From contig OY740782.1 in NCBI GenBank assembly GCA_963514005.1, positions 76,136,001 to 76,200,000 of the forward strand: a DNA stretch of 64,000 nt. The letters run 5' to 3'. Numbering within the stretch: position 1 is the first letter of the stretch; each line of letters opens with the position of its first letter. Below, piece by piece: positions 21,706-33,963 of the stretch. The stretch is from Raja brachyura (taxonomy: Eukaryota). The position numbers and the translations under genes are program-made. Below the pieces are notes generated by a model, which saw nothing but the letters and a program-made list of their open reading frames with translations, had not been told where the DNA came from and ran no database searches.

Positions 21706-23204
21706 TTCCTTTTAATCAAAATTAGAATAGGTAAAATTCAATCTTTTGTTGAGGACTGGTTAAAAGATGTCATTCGATTATCAATACCACAATACCAGTA
21801 TAGTGAAGCATTGTTAGTTTTAAAGTGATAGCTATCAATAATGAAACAAATATTAGACCATACTATCTGTTCCAGTAATAGAAAATAAACATTTTAAAAC
21901 ACTCAGCAGGTCAGTAGTCAATGAGAGATTAGGAGAAAGATGGTCACCTTTCATTGAGAATCTAGCTATTGATAGAGGACAGCTAAGTTTATCAGGATGA
22001 AGGCCTCCAAATATATCCTAGTCAAGACCCTTCTAAGACGAGTCAGGCCCCAGCCTATGTGGATTTCTCTGGCAGGTATGGATTATGGTTCACTTCTTTA
22101 CAACCAAGAACTTATGTTTTCATGTCAATTAACACTACCAATTTCACTCTGAAATAGCGAAATGAAATGAGAATATCATCCTTTCCTCGTGAAGTCATTA
22201 ATGATTGATAGCTGACCACATAGTTGATTATTTTACTCTTAGCACTTCTTCAAAAATTTAGATTTTTTAAACAGCTGGTAAATCTTTCCATGAGAACATT
22301 TTGTTATCTACAGGTTGCCATGGAGCTTATAGTCTCAGCCAGTCGAGTCCCTTCCATAGTTTCAGCATTCCAGGCAGTCTGTGTTAGTCTCAGACACAGA
22401 TTTCCATCAACATTTTTCCCAGCATGCCTCTCAGTTATCTTTCTGTGGCTACCCATATGTTCACATTACCAATATATTCCTGCACGTGTTAAAAGTAAGG
22501 AAAATCAGCATAATTTGGAGAATATATAACTTGAAACCTGAAATACTTCCAAATGTCATCGGCAACTAAAAATTACAAAGCGTTTTGCAGCAAAACCTCT
22601 CATCCCCTTTTACCTGTAACTAGATGCACAGTCCTCCACTCTAATTTTTTTTTTCCTGGTTTGAATACATAATTATTTTTTCTCTAGATGTTTCATCAAC
22701 TGCTACAATGACAGGCAGTGAGATTTGGCATTAGGGGAAGATGGACATGTGGGTTTCATGGAGTAGGTTACTGTTGAATTTGTGCACAAACTTGGAACAA
22801 TAATTTCTGTGCTGAGAAAACCATGTTCCATCACTAGTGCAAATGGTCATCAGGCACAACCCACAGCTGCTTTAAGTTTCAAAGCTGAAGGAGTGAACTG
22901 TGATTTCAATCACTTGTTACTTTTCCCATTTTCTCAGTCAATACCTTGTGTTTTTTCACTGTAAACCCATATTTAGATATTGATTTAGATTTCAGTCTGT
23001 GTCTGTTTGTATCACATTTTTCATTCTTCCCTTAAGTAGAGCATAACCTTTTCATTTTTATATATTTAGCAAAATGTTTTAATATATTTAGTTAAATGTG
23101 GATGTTAGTGAAATTAAAATACAAAGTAAAGGGATTATTATCCTTGCTGTTAATATTATAAACAATGAATATTTATTTTCAGTAGTTTAATGTATTTGTA
23201 ATTT

Positions 23205-23375
23205 TTCTTGGACTTTTCCTCTGGATATTTACGCTACAATGTTGAAAACTATATTCTGCACTCTGGTATTTTTCTTTTTGCTCTACCCATTGTACTTGTG
23301 TACAGCTTGATTGTATTCCCGTTTAATATTATCTGATTTAACTAGATAGCACGCAAACAAACATTTTCAGTGCTG
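23205..23375 (+). mobile_element. Rex1/Babar-type 3' UTR relic
   Basis: ttgattgta...gatagcacgcaaacaaacattttca resembles the tail at 53120-53377. Confidence 0.5.
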
Positions 23376-23624
23376 TTGAAGTAGTAGTGCAACACAGGCA
23401 AGAAAATGAAAGAAAGTAGATTCTGAAAAATTATGCGAGTAGCATAGAGCAAATGTCAACAAGGATTTAGCATGTAAGTCAGCAGGATTATACCAAGTTT
23501 TTGTTTGCATATTCTGATATGATACAAAAAGGAATGCATCTTAAGAAAGAATTTTAATGGGCCGTTACCCTTTCTCATTCAAGTAAACAAATGTTAACTT
23601 ATGAAGATAGACTTTCATGATATT

Positions 23625-24233
23625 TTCTTCATAGGCAGTACCCCAGGATTGAGGAGGACTTGCTTCCATCATGGTGTTGTGGCTTCTACATTGGCCAAAG
23701 AGGCCAATGTGAGACCCGTATAGGCTCTTCCACACAGACAGGAGGTGCTTGTCAAGGCAGGTGGGCGGGTAGTTTGTGGAAGAAGTCTGCCACTGACACA
23801 GGGCCTCTGTGCTCCTGATGCATGTCCTGGAGGTTCCCAATACCTTCCTGAATGCTCCTTCTCCAATCTGAGTAGCCAGGGACAGGAGATTCTCAAGAGT
23901 CAGTGAGTATGTTGCACTTCTTTAAGGAAATTCTGAGCACATCCTTGAAGCTGTTTCTGTATTTACCTGGCAATCTTCTCTTACAACAGAGTTCTGAAAA
24001 GCGTTTCAGAGGTCTAAGAATAAGTATGCAGTCAAAGAAGCCTGCCAGGGGTAGCTGACTGAGTGTAACAAGGGCCTCGGTGTCAGGGATATTGGCTTGG
24101 GAAAGGGAGTTTCCTTCCAGTGAACATGGAGGATTTTGCCAAAACATTATTCGTGACATTTTTCCAGTGCCATGACAGGCCGGCTCTAGGTGATCCAGGT
24201 CTGTGAAGTGTATGGGACTGCTCAATCACTGCC
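23625..24233 (-). mobile_element. RTE-clade LINE 3' part (degraded)
   Basis: Minus-strand translation SQANIPDTEALVTLSQL...GKYRNSFKDVLRISLKKCNI...SCPW and HIGLF match the RTE/BovB-like C-terminus. 3' end ggaagcaagtcctcctcaatcctgggg..tgcctatgaag. Confidence 0.8.
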
Positions 24234-24930
24234 AGAGCTCCAAGATACTGACGACTCACTAAAGTATTGGACTTACCTCAGCATCTGCAAGGCTAAGGTC
24301 TGCTGCCAACCGGCCCCCCACTGCACTACATAAATTCTCTGAAGAAACAACTGTTCATGATGAGACCCTTGAAACCACTTCCCATATTATGAAAGCCACC
24401 TCTCAGTGAAAGCAGAGATTAATTACAAGATTCATCGCTGCCTTCAATTGCAAGCACAGCCTTTGGTCAATTGAGGAAATTGACCCAACACTCTGGAGTT
24501 TAGAAGGATGAGAGGGGATCTCATTGAAACATATAAGATTGTTAAGGGCTTGGACAAACTAGAGGCAGGAAACATGTTCCCGATGTTGGGGGAATCCAGA
24601 ACCAGGGGCCACAGTTTAAGAATAAGGAGTAAGCCATTTAGAATGGAGACGAGGAAACACTTTTTCTCACAGAGAGTGGTGAGTCTGTGGAATTCTCTGC
24701 CTCAGAGGGCGGTGGAGGCAGGTTCTCTGGATGCTTTTAAGAGAGAGCTAGATAGGGCTCTTAAAAATAGTGGAGTCAGGGGATGTGGGGAGAAGGCAGG
24801 AGCGGGATACTAATTGGGGATGATCAGCCATGATCACATTGAATGGCGGTGCTGGCTCGAAGGGCCAAATGGCCTACTCCTGCACCTATTGTCTATTGAA
24901 ATAAATATTTGAAAATGCCTGGCATAAAGC
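24234..24930 (+). mobile_element. RTE-clade LINE upstream part, inverted relative to the 3' part and split by CR1
   Basis: Degraded ELQ..GLT.S..K.KV...HFPY..SHLSVKA.I...IHR.LQ.ASTAFGQLRK. Resumes after 24898 (tatttgaa..cctggcataaagc). Confidence 0.7.
24488..24898 (+). mobile_element. Young 5'-truncated CR1 (ctattgt tail)
   Basis: ORF 24508-24813. Nearly identical to 57357-57764. Confidence 0.95.
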
Positions 24931-25004
24931 CTTCCATTTAATGACTGGATGAAATTGATGTTGTACTTCCTGTGGATTGCAGAGATCAACAGCAAACATG
25001 TTGT

Positions 25005-25032
25005 CTGAAGAAGGGTCTCGACCCGAAACGTC
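25005..25032 (+). ncRNA. Minimal type I hammerhead ribozyme motif
   Basis: CTGAAGA-A-GGGT(CTCG)ACCC-GAAAC-GTC: CUGANGA core, stem II, GAAA, palindromic ACGT stem III and GUC cleavage triplet. Stem I is weak in this copy. Confidence 0.75.
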
Positions 25033-25129
25033 GCCTATCTCCTTCGCTCCTTAGATGCTGCTGCACCCGCTGAGTTTCTCCAGCTTTTTGTGTAACCCTC
25101 AATTCTCCAACATCTGCAGTTCCTTCTTT
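25005..25129 (+). mobile_element. Penelope pLTR-derived insertion with 10-bp TSD
   Basis: AACATGTTGT at 24995-25004 and 25130-25139. The sequence matches the pLTR following the GIY-YIG relic at 39105-39230. Confidence 0.85.
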
Positions 25130-26952
25130 AACATGTTGTATATCCACGTGTTAAGCAGACTAGTTGTTTTTTTTAAGTTAACTTTTTCTTTAGTTTAATT
25201 TAGACTAAATCACACTGGCTGAGGTTTAACATAAAATATAGTTTTCTTTCGCATATTTATTCATTTCTGTTGTACAGGTTACTTGGGGTGTTAAGACAGG
25301 CATATCCGCAATAACTGAATGGACTAACTTTGTGCAGAAGTTTTGGCATACAGTGTTATTGAAGAATAGGCCTGACGGCAATATTAAGTGATGCACAAAG
25401 GCAATAAATTCAGGAGCTGGGAAGGTTTTTGCCCGAGTTGCCCTGATTGTTCAAAAGCTCTGCCATAAGACCTGGCATTGAGATGCATGGAACACCCTTG
25501 GACTGCCATTCCTACTCTACTCAATGCTACCTAAAATTTAAAGCTCATCTATTCCAGTCTAAGTAATTTTTTAATGGCAAGGTAAGTCTTAATTACTGTC
25601 AAACTACTTCTCTGATATAGAAAACAAGCTTTAGTACATGTGGAGACTTGTTCTTTCACAGTGAAATTATTGTTGGAGATTTAAAAAATAAAAATTGATT
25701 TTTTTTCGCTACCTTTTTGTTTCTCTTGCAATCCTAATTTTCTTCTGTCTTCATTTCAGATTTAGGACAAGATGTTGACACTGAACTAAATACTCCTTTA
25801 TTCTAATTAGCTCCCTCTTGTTAGGACACTTGTTAAAAGATAATTTTTCAATATTTTTGGTTAAGGAGATGGTATAGGCAAAGTTGCATATCCTTTCAAT
25901 ACAGGTTGCAGACCCTCTATGGAAGGTGCCATGCCAGAATGTCAATCTGATTCTACCAAGTTCCCCAGAGTAGAATTTCTGTTGACAAGTTTTTTTAATA
26001 TATAAATGGATATCTCAATGCATTCACCATAATCTGTTAAATCAGAGCCATTGGTTCCGAATCACTTTGGGATATCATTAAAAAAAATGATACCCCAAAG
26101 TGGTATTAAAAGTGGTATTAAAAGTGGTATTCCAGGAAATTTTTTTAAAGTTTTCTTTCAAAAATAAGCTAAGAGCATGTGACCTATTTAGCATGATGTA
26201 TGCAGATAAACCGTTGTATGATTGTGAAAATGTACAATGGAAAGGAAGCTATTTTGAGCTCATTGCCAGGACAGTGCAAGCTCTTTTTTTTTTTTTTCTT
26301 GATTGCTTTTGGTAATGCCTACTGGTAATCTTTGTGGTTGGTGAACATTTGGGCAGACCTGAGGCTTATTTATATCTGCCGTTGTAAAGGATAAAGCAAC
26401 AAATGCTTGACATGTGGCTTTGAGAAGTGTTATGTCCACTGCCTGTGGTATGGTTTCTCTTCAGTTCTTAGATCTGTTACTGGCCTGTTTCGGAATCCAA
26501 GACAATTTATCTACCACATCTCCCCTCATGCGTCCATAGGTAAAAACTGTGATCAATATGCTACTTGGGAAAGTCCCTGGCATGGGCTCATCTCTTTTAC
26601 CCTGTACTTTTGCAACTATTTCATCCTATATGGTGCCTGATATGGACGGCTGCTTCAAGATCCTGGGATGGAGAGGGCAGCCCGGGTTAAGCTTCCTTGG
26701 TCCGTAATGTCACTAAATTGAGCTAAATTCTGCATTTTTCACTTACTTCACTTTCACTTAATTTTGATATATGCCATCTGCTATTTTTCATTACTTTTGG
26801 CTTGGTGTGTCAAATCAATTGAATTATCTGTATAGCAATAAAACCAGTGGGGCAAACTTTCTTTGAAAATGATACTTTTGCCGATAAGCTGTTTGTTAAA
26901 TTAATAATCTGTGAGAAATATAGTTATGGTCTCTCTTTTTCCAATAAATTAT

Positions 26953-27096
26953 NNNNNNNNNNNNNNNNNNNNNNNNNNNNNNNNNNNNNNNNNNNNNNNN
27001 NNNNNNNNNNNNNNNNNNNNNNNNNNNNNNNNNNNNNNNNNNNNNNNNNNNNNNNNNNNNNNNNNNNNNNNNNNNNNNNNNNNNNNNNNNNNNNNN
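26953..27096. other. Assembly gap
   Basis: Run of N. Confidence 1.
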
Positions 27097-28804
27097 TTTG
27101 TGCCCTGCTCTTTGTCACTTCTAACCTGTTTACCATATAGTTTTGACAGCAGCTGACAGAAACATCGCCACCTTGCTGTTATAACTACTTCTGCCAAATC
27201 TTTTCAGCATTACAAAGAGAAGACTGTTGGTAATGTCGTCTGCCTCACACCCCATAGTTTAAAATGGCAAAAGACCGTTTTAATAAAACATCTGAGGGGC
27301 CAACTGCCACTTCCTTCGAAGAGATTTCCTGTAAGGAAGTGCAGTAAATGTCCCAGGAGGAAACCATGGAGTACACACCCACTGAGAGAAGCCAGTGTCT
27401 TCTGATTTCATTGTCTACTTGTCAATACAATAAGGTATTATTTCTGATAGGATGAACTTTGCTATTTCACGAGCTGTTGTTTAAAAGTCATCTTCCGTAC
27501 AGAAAATCTTCTCAAAAGATTATAGTTAACACAACTAGTGTTGCAAATAAGCAACCAACATATCTGTGTAAAATATTGGTCTTATTTGTAATTAATGTTT
27601 TCTTCTGGTGCGTTTCTGCTTCTACATCATGGATACATAAAAATAAATATTACATATAACTCTGGTGACTCCCCTAGTGCCCCATTTCAAAACTGTAAGA
27701 GAATTGATTTTTATCAATTTATTTGGAAATAAGGCTAATTTAAAAAAAGGATTGCTGTGTCGTTAACTTCACTTTACCATGTTTTTTTGTTGTAAATTAC
27801 AATGTAGAATATTGATAGAAAACATATTTCTGTTGCTTAAGGTATAAACAGAATGTATTGTTCAAATAAAAATGCTGTGGAGAAAATATGTAATCCCAGT
27901 ACTAATTAGCATTGGAAATGAGACTCCCAGATATTCAGCTTTCAAATAGCTGTAGAAGGGAGGGGAAGGCAATGCAAGTGCTGGTCTATTGTGTAGCGCA
28001 TGTTGTTGAGAAAATGGTCTATCCAGTGTCTGTCTACTATCATGGGATCCTAACTAATCCACACATTAATTATTTACGCAACACATGTAGGTCACAAAGT
28101 CAGTTATCACGTTAATCACATCGCACATTTTGCTGAACAAGGGATGTGGTTTATTGTAGCTGTTCTGTGTGTTTCCTCACTGTGTGACAGAGAGCATTTT
28201 TGAAGCAGACACCTGAATAACTTTTTGAAGCTGATCCTCTCATCATTTACAAATTCTTTTTTGTGATTTGGTTATCCCTGCTTACATTCTTATAGTAGTA
28301 ATCACATAGTAAGTGTACAGGTAATGACTTAGAAAATGTATTATTGACTTTATTTAGGTGGGAACTAATTAACCTATTTGTTTAATTAAACGTTCAGTTC
28401 CTGTTTCATTGAACGCTGATAACCAAACAGTGAAATAAAACCTCATGGTTGGTTAAATAAGAGATGGATAATATTTAAAACATAACTCTTTCTTGACAAC
28501 TCAGTAAAATATCTCAGGACTGTTATAATTTTGACAGGGGTACATTGAAACACTGTTTCCTCAAGTTTCTCCCCCCCCCCCCCCCCCGTGTTAAATGTAA
28601 GTTTGATTTCTGGATCCAGTACCATTGATTAGTTTTCCAATACCTTATCAAGTAACGTAAATTTAAGGAATGGAAATTGAGCATTGACGGACATTTTTCC
28701 ATGCCACTGATAAAGTCCAATTCCCATTCCATTCTCACCCAACACAATGATCAGAAACCCTGGCTAAATCCATGTTCATGCTCCCTTGTACTGTACACAT
28801 TACA

Positions 28805-29022
28805 GTGATGAATCCGTGGAATTCTTTGGTACAGAAGGCTGTGGGGGCCAAGTCAGTTGATATATTTAAGGCAGAGATAGATTCTTGAGAAGTACAGGTG
28901 TCAGTGGTTATGGGGAGAATGGGTTAGGAGGGAGAGATAAATCAGCCATGATTGAATGGCAGAGTAGACTTGATGGTTCGAATGGCCTAATTCTGCTCCT
29001 ATCACTTATGATCTTATGATAT
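28805..29022 (+). mobile_element. CR1 3' end (cttatga tail)
   Basis: Highly similar to 14594-14830. Confidence 0.9.
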
Positions 29023-29474
29023 GATTATTTGTCTTCCCAACTGCTTGTCATGCATGTATGTCTTCATTCTGCATCTCACGAACTATCACCCACGGATGGA
29101 ACCTCTCCCTCCCACCTTTCTCACTATCTCATCTTGCTAATCCAGCTGAGACTTTTCTAAGATTTTAATTTACATTTTAATATTTTATTTGTTACATTTT
29201 ATATCACATTTTCTGCTGTATTTTTAATTCATATGCCGATTTAAAACAATAGCGAATAAATGCAATGCATTTTCAATCTTCTCAAGATAAAAATAAACAT
29301 AGAGTACGGATTGTTGTTGTACAGTCCATAAAAGAATAAAGCTCCCTCCAGTCTGACCTAACCATACAGCAAAGGAATATTCTCATGACTTCTTTCTCAA
29401 AATGCCTACATGTGCCCCAAGTGTGTGCGATTTAGAGTTAACCAAAGCTGTAAATGTTCTGTATAAATAAGAAA

Positions 29475-31500
29475 TAGAAGGTTTAGGTTGAATGGAGTAG
29501 GTTAAATGGCCCCTCAAGCCTGCTCTGCTGTTCCAAGTGATTATGCATATTGGGGCTCTTCTAACTACTAACTACTTTACACAATTGTCACATTCTTTGA
29601 TTCTCTCAATATCTGGAAATCTATTGATATCAGTTTTAAATATACTCAACAACCAAGTGACCGCACACCCCTCTGAGGTTGAGAATTCAAAATATTTGCA
29701 TAAATAAATTTCACCTCATTGCATTGTCCATGGCTTGGATACATATCTATTGACTATCTAGTTCTAGGTTCTTGACCAGGGGAAATAAGTTCTCAACATC
29801 TTCCCTGCCAATCCCTCACAACAGGCAAGTGCCGTGAGTAATTACTCAGGGTAGGCAATCAGTCGGCTTAAAAAAAAAAATTAAACCGCGCATGCGCAGA
29901 TTGTTCTCGCCATAAAAAATAAAAAATAAAAATAGTAACAATTCAATTTGCCTAAGGCTTCCTAGTCTCCTTTATTCTGAATTACTGAATGGGTGGGTGG
30001 GTGAAGGGTGATGGCAGGTGGAGAGATGGTGGGAAAAACAGGTGTACAGGGAAAAGTTGAATCAGTTGTCATCTAATTGAATGACAACACTTGTTCAAGG
30101 GACCAATTGGTGGGAGGGTTCCTTTCACAGCGTGTAGAGAGTCTGTGCCAGGGGTAAAGTTGCGGGGAGGGCAGGAGTGTTGAGAAGGAGGGGGTCAGGG
30201 ATAATGCCAATAACTCAGTCACTCACCGCTGCCGCATCTCTCCGGGCACGAAGCCACCGCACTACAGCCAGGGATAGAAGCAGCTCAGGGAGCTGCAAGC
30301 GGCCGCCAGGACCCAACAGCAGAACTGGCCGCCACTTCAGCACCTTCTGCCGGCCCGCTCACCTCTGGCAGTGCTCTCCGTCTGAACTCCTCTCACCTGT
30401 CGCTCGCCGACTTCGCTCATGTCAGCCGCTTCCCGCAAATCCTTAATTTCCCACAGCCGATTAACCTCAATCGCGCTGTCGGAATTTAAGGACATGAGTG
30501 AGGCCAGCGAGCAGCAGGAGATAGGTTTTTAGATGGAGAGCTGCCAGAGGTGAGCGGGGGCCGGCAGAAGGAGCTAAGGCGGCGGCCGGTTCCGCTGAGA
30601 GGTCCGGCGGCCGCTCAGCCACACGAGCTACGTCTCACCCCCCCCCCCCCCCCGCCTCAATGCGATGGCATTGCACGCCTCCGTGCAAGGAACGTCGCAA
30701 GTGGCATTATCCCGATCCCCTCCTTCACAACATTCGTGCCCTCCCCGCAACTTTACCCCGGGCCAGACTCCCCAAACACTGTGAAACGAGCTCTCCCCCC
30801 ACCCCCACACCCCGGGAAATAAGGGATTTAAAAACATCACCAGGAAATGTACTTACCACATCATTGGTACACGAGCTACATTCTTCTCTCCCAGTTTCCT
30901 AAGATACACTTAAAGTAATGCCAATCCATATTTGAAACCCCCGCCAAGAAACCAGCGCTGCGCCTGCACAGTAGGCAGAATTTCAGCTGCCTTCAGCCCC
31001 GCTTGAAATTGACGGCCTTAGGCAGCGCTGACGGCACGTGTGCTGCAGAGACCTTCCCGTGTTACAAGCATTGCAGATGAAAGGCACGGAGAATTATGCC
31101 TACCCAGGAGATCGATCTCTTAGATAGGCATAATTCTCCTATGCCTTTACTATTTATATTTAGTAATTACTTTGTTATAATTTTAGTCAGGGTAGGCACT
31201 GCCTACCTTGCCTACCCTGACGGCACGTGCCTGCCTCTCAAATGCCTGCATGACTCAGTTAAATACCCTTTTATTCTTCTGATCTCCAGGGTGCATAGTC
31301 CAATTTTTATTTTCTCTGAGCAACCTTTAGACTTATAACCTAAAATCATTTTTTAGGTTATAAGACTAAAATGCCACGTCATATTCCAGATGTGGCCTGA
31401 CCAAAATCCAGCATATTCATGAAAACGTATTCACGTTTGTACAACTCCTTTTGAGTAAAAACCATTATAATCTGTGCCTTCTTAATCAGATATAAACAGA
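29475..31500 (-). mobile_element. Old CR1 fragment split by a hAT element
   Basis: CR1 3' UTR reverse complement at 29480-29820. Continues after 31233 (cctgcatgactcagttaaataccc...ccagatgtggcctgacc). Confidence 0.65.
29822..31233. mobile_element. Non-autonomous hAT-superfamily DNA transposon
   Basis: TIRs CAGGCA(A/C)GTGCCGT[..]CAGGGTAGGCAA at both ends. 8-bp TSD CCTCACAA (29814-29821) / CCTCTCAA (31234-31241). No transposase ORF. Confidence 0.85.
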
Positions 31501-32950
31501 GAAATTTAAGATAGCAAGGCTGATCTATGCCCCAAAATAAATACTGCTTAAATTCTGCAGACTTGCCAGAAGTGACCATTATTGGTTCACACAACGTCAG
31601 GGTGGTTGGGTCGAGTTTATTGTGCTCTGTGCCATTTTTGCTCTTGGCCACTAGAAAAAAAAAACTCTGTTCAGGAACGAGCTGCTCCCCTGTCCCTTGT
31701 ACAATTTAAGTGACATCTGAATGTCAAATAGAAATATTCCTGGCTGTCGGTTAACACTTATCCAATGCTTTAAATAGGTCACATTCTCAAACAAATAGAA
31801 CAACATTGTTAATGTTGCTAGCAATTAAAGCAATATTCAAACTATTACTTTTCTTGATGTTTGTTTTAAAATATTACAAGTGCAGTGACACACAGAGGAT
31901 GGAGTGCTAGTCAATAATGTCCAGTAAATAAATAGTCTTTGCATTATCAAATAGGACATACAAAAGTGATTGTATTCTCCTATTTGGCCCACTGGCTTCT
32001 AAAACATTAACAAGCTTTGACACAAAAAATGTTTCATAGTACAAGTCCATTTAATAATGTCTTTTCAATTTAATTATACTCATCCAAATCCAATAGTCCG
32101 CACAAAGGTTTTCTACAATTCCCTCTGAGATAGTTCCCGCTATTTCTTGGGCTTTAGTCCTTTAAGTACTTTAGACGTGATGCTAAATTTGATTATTTAA
32201 ATTAAAATTGGATAGCTGTTAGGAAAATAAAACAAATATAAAACATTTAAAACTTGATAAAATGGCAATTTATTTGATGAATGGGCCTGATGGTTTCCTG
32301 TGTCAGTACATTGCTGGCGACAGCCACCGGCAGTGAATGTATGCACTCCGCCTCACAGAAACACTGACTGAAGGTTTTATTAACATAATGATCTTTATTT
32401 CAAAGTCCTGAAAAGCAGATTTTTAAAAAAGTCAAAAGACGGATGGATTTTCTTTCCCTTTTAAATGTGCTTATTACCTGAAGAGCCACACTGGGCAAGC
32501 CACTCCCAGTAATAGCCTTCCCCCAAAATGCTAAACCTTCTTGATATGCCTAGCATTTGAGACAATCATCTCACGTTAAAGGTGGGTGGGGGTGGAAAGT
32601 CTGCAGTGAGCTGATGTGTTGGCTGTTCAACAGTTGCCAGTACTTGGAGTTTTGCACCGGTGGTGACAGCAGAAAACATTCACCAGGACCTCCATTACAG
32701 ACTGTGGATGGGAGAAACTCAAACTGTGTGATTAACTGATTTCATTTTGAATGGTGCTATATAACAATCCATGGTGTTCTGGTTACTTCTGTGATATTTA
32801 TTAAAAGAGAAAGAGGCCCTCTGATGAAATAAAAACCTACTTAAACATCTCAAAGGAAACTTGACATACTAAAACGATTAAAAGAGAAAAAAATAGTATG
32901 GATTAATGAAATTTGCAGAAGGGGAAAGAATCATAGGGGGACCAATACAT

Positions 32951-33273
32951 TGTTCTAAATGTTATATATTATGATTTAAATCAGGAAAATCCTATAATCT
33001 ATAGCAATAGACGTATTTGGAAACAAATAGTTAAGACTCTACATTTGGATAATATGTCGCTTTGTTTACCAATTATGAATAATCCTTCATTTAAATCTAT
33101 ATTGGATAAGGGGTTTAGACAATGGAAAAAATTAGGAATTATAAGGATAGAACACTTTTACAGGAAAGGAAAATTTCTCTCATTTCAGGAGTTAAAAGAT
33201 ATCTATGGATTGCATCCAAATAACTTGTTTAGGTATTTACAAATTAGAGACTATATTAAGTCAAACATATATG
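32951..33273 (+). mobile_element. Internal L1-clade ORF2 fragment
   Basis: RIWKQI..LPIMNNPSF..D.GF.QW...GI..I..FY..G...SFQEL...Y.L....FRYLQIRD is typical of the post-RT region of fish L1 ORF2. Flanked by a 46-bp direct repeat. Confidence 0.85.
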
Positions 33274-33744
33274 AATGAAATTTGCAGAAGGGGAAAGAAT
33301 CATAGGGGGACCAATACATATATCGTTAAGATTTAAATAGTTGAGGCAACCATTTTGTTTGGTGGTTGCAAAGAAAATGCAAAAAAGATATAGAATGACC
33401 CATTGACAATCAGCAAATGTACTAATGTTTGATCTATCACTGGTTTAGGTGCGTGCAATGAGGTTATTGCTTCCAAATCACTGTCCCGCAAAATGAAAAC
33501 TCCTGAGACTTGGTATGAAGGCCATTTCTCCCACATGCACAGGAACAACGCTACCCAATCTTCCATTCCTGTGTTTTTGTTCTCAAGAATATCAGGTTAC
33601 ATCTCTCATGACTGCTGGACTTATTTCCATGATGCTTGAACCAGTGAGAACATTGGCGAATTAACTAGGGCATGGCAGCAACTATTGACCAGGTCCCCGT
33701 CAAAGTGGTTAGCCTCTTCTTCCCATTCCCTGTGCTTAGACCGG

Positions 33745-33963
33745 TACCAGCACAGGAACAGGCCCTTCGGCCCACAGTGTCTATACCAACCAGGTTAAAC
33801 TAATCTTCTCTGCCCTGCAGGTGACCCATAGCCCTCCATTCCCTGCATCCATATGCCTCTCTAAAAGCCACTCAAATGCCACTATTGTATCTATCTCCAC
33901 CACCACCCTTGGCAGTGAATTCGAGGCACCCATCATTCTTTGTGTAAAAACACATGCCCCGCA
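33745..33963 (-). mobile_element. CR1 3' end running into a gap
   Basis: cagcacaggaacaggcccttcggcccac...ccaccacccttggcag. Confidence 0.8.

Noticed and set aside
26097-26131. Three copies of a 12-bp unit (aaaagtggtatt), and a ~26-bp tandem duplication at ~19420-19475
   Set aside because: Simple slippage duplications without spacers; not CRISPR-like or otherwise structured.
26847-27197. ORFs spanning the first gap (likewise 33821-34204)
   Set aside because: Their length comes from N runs.
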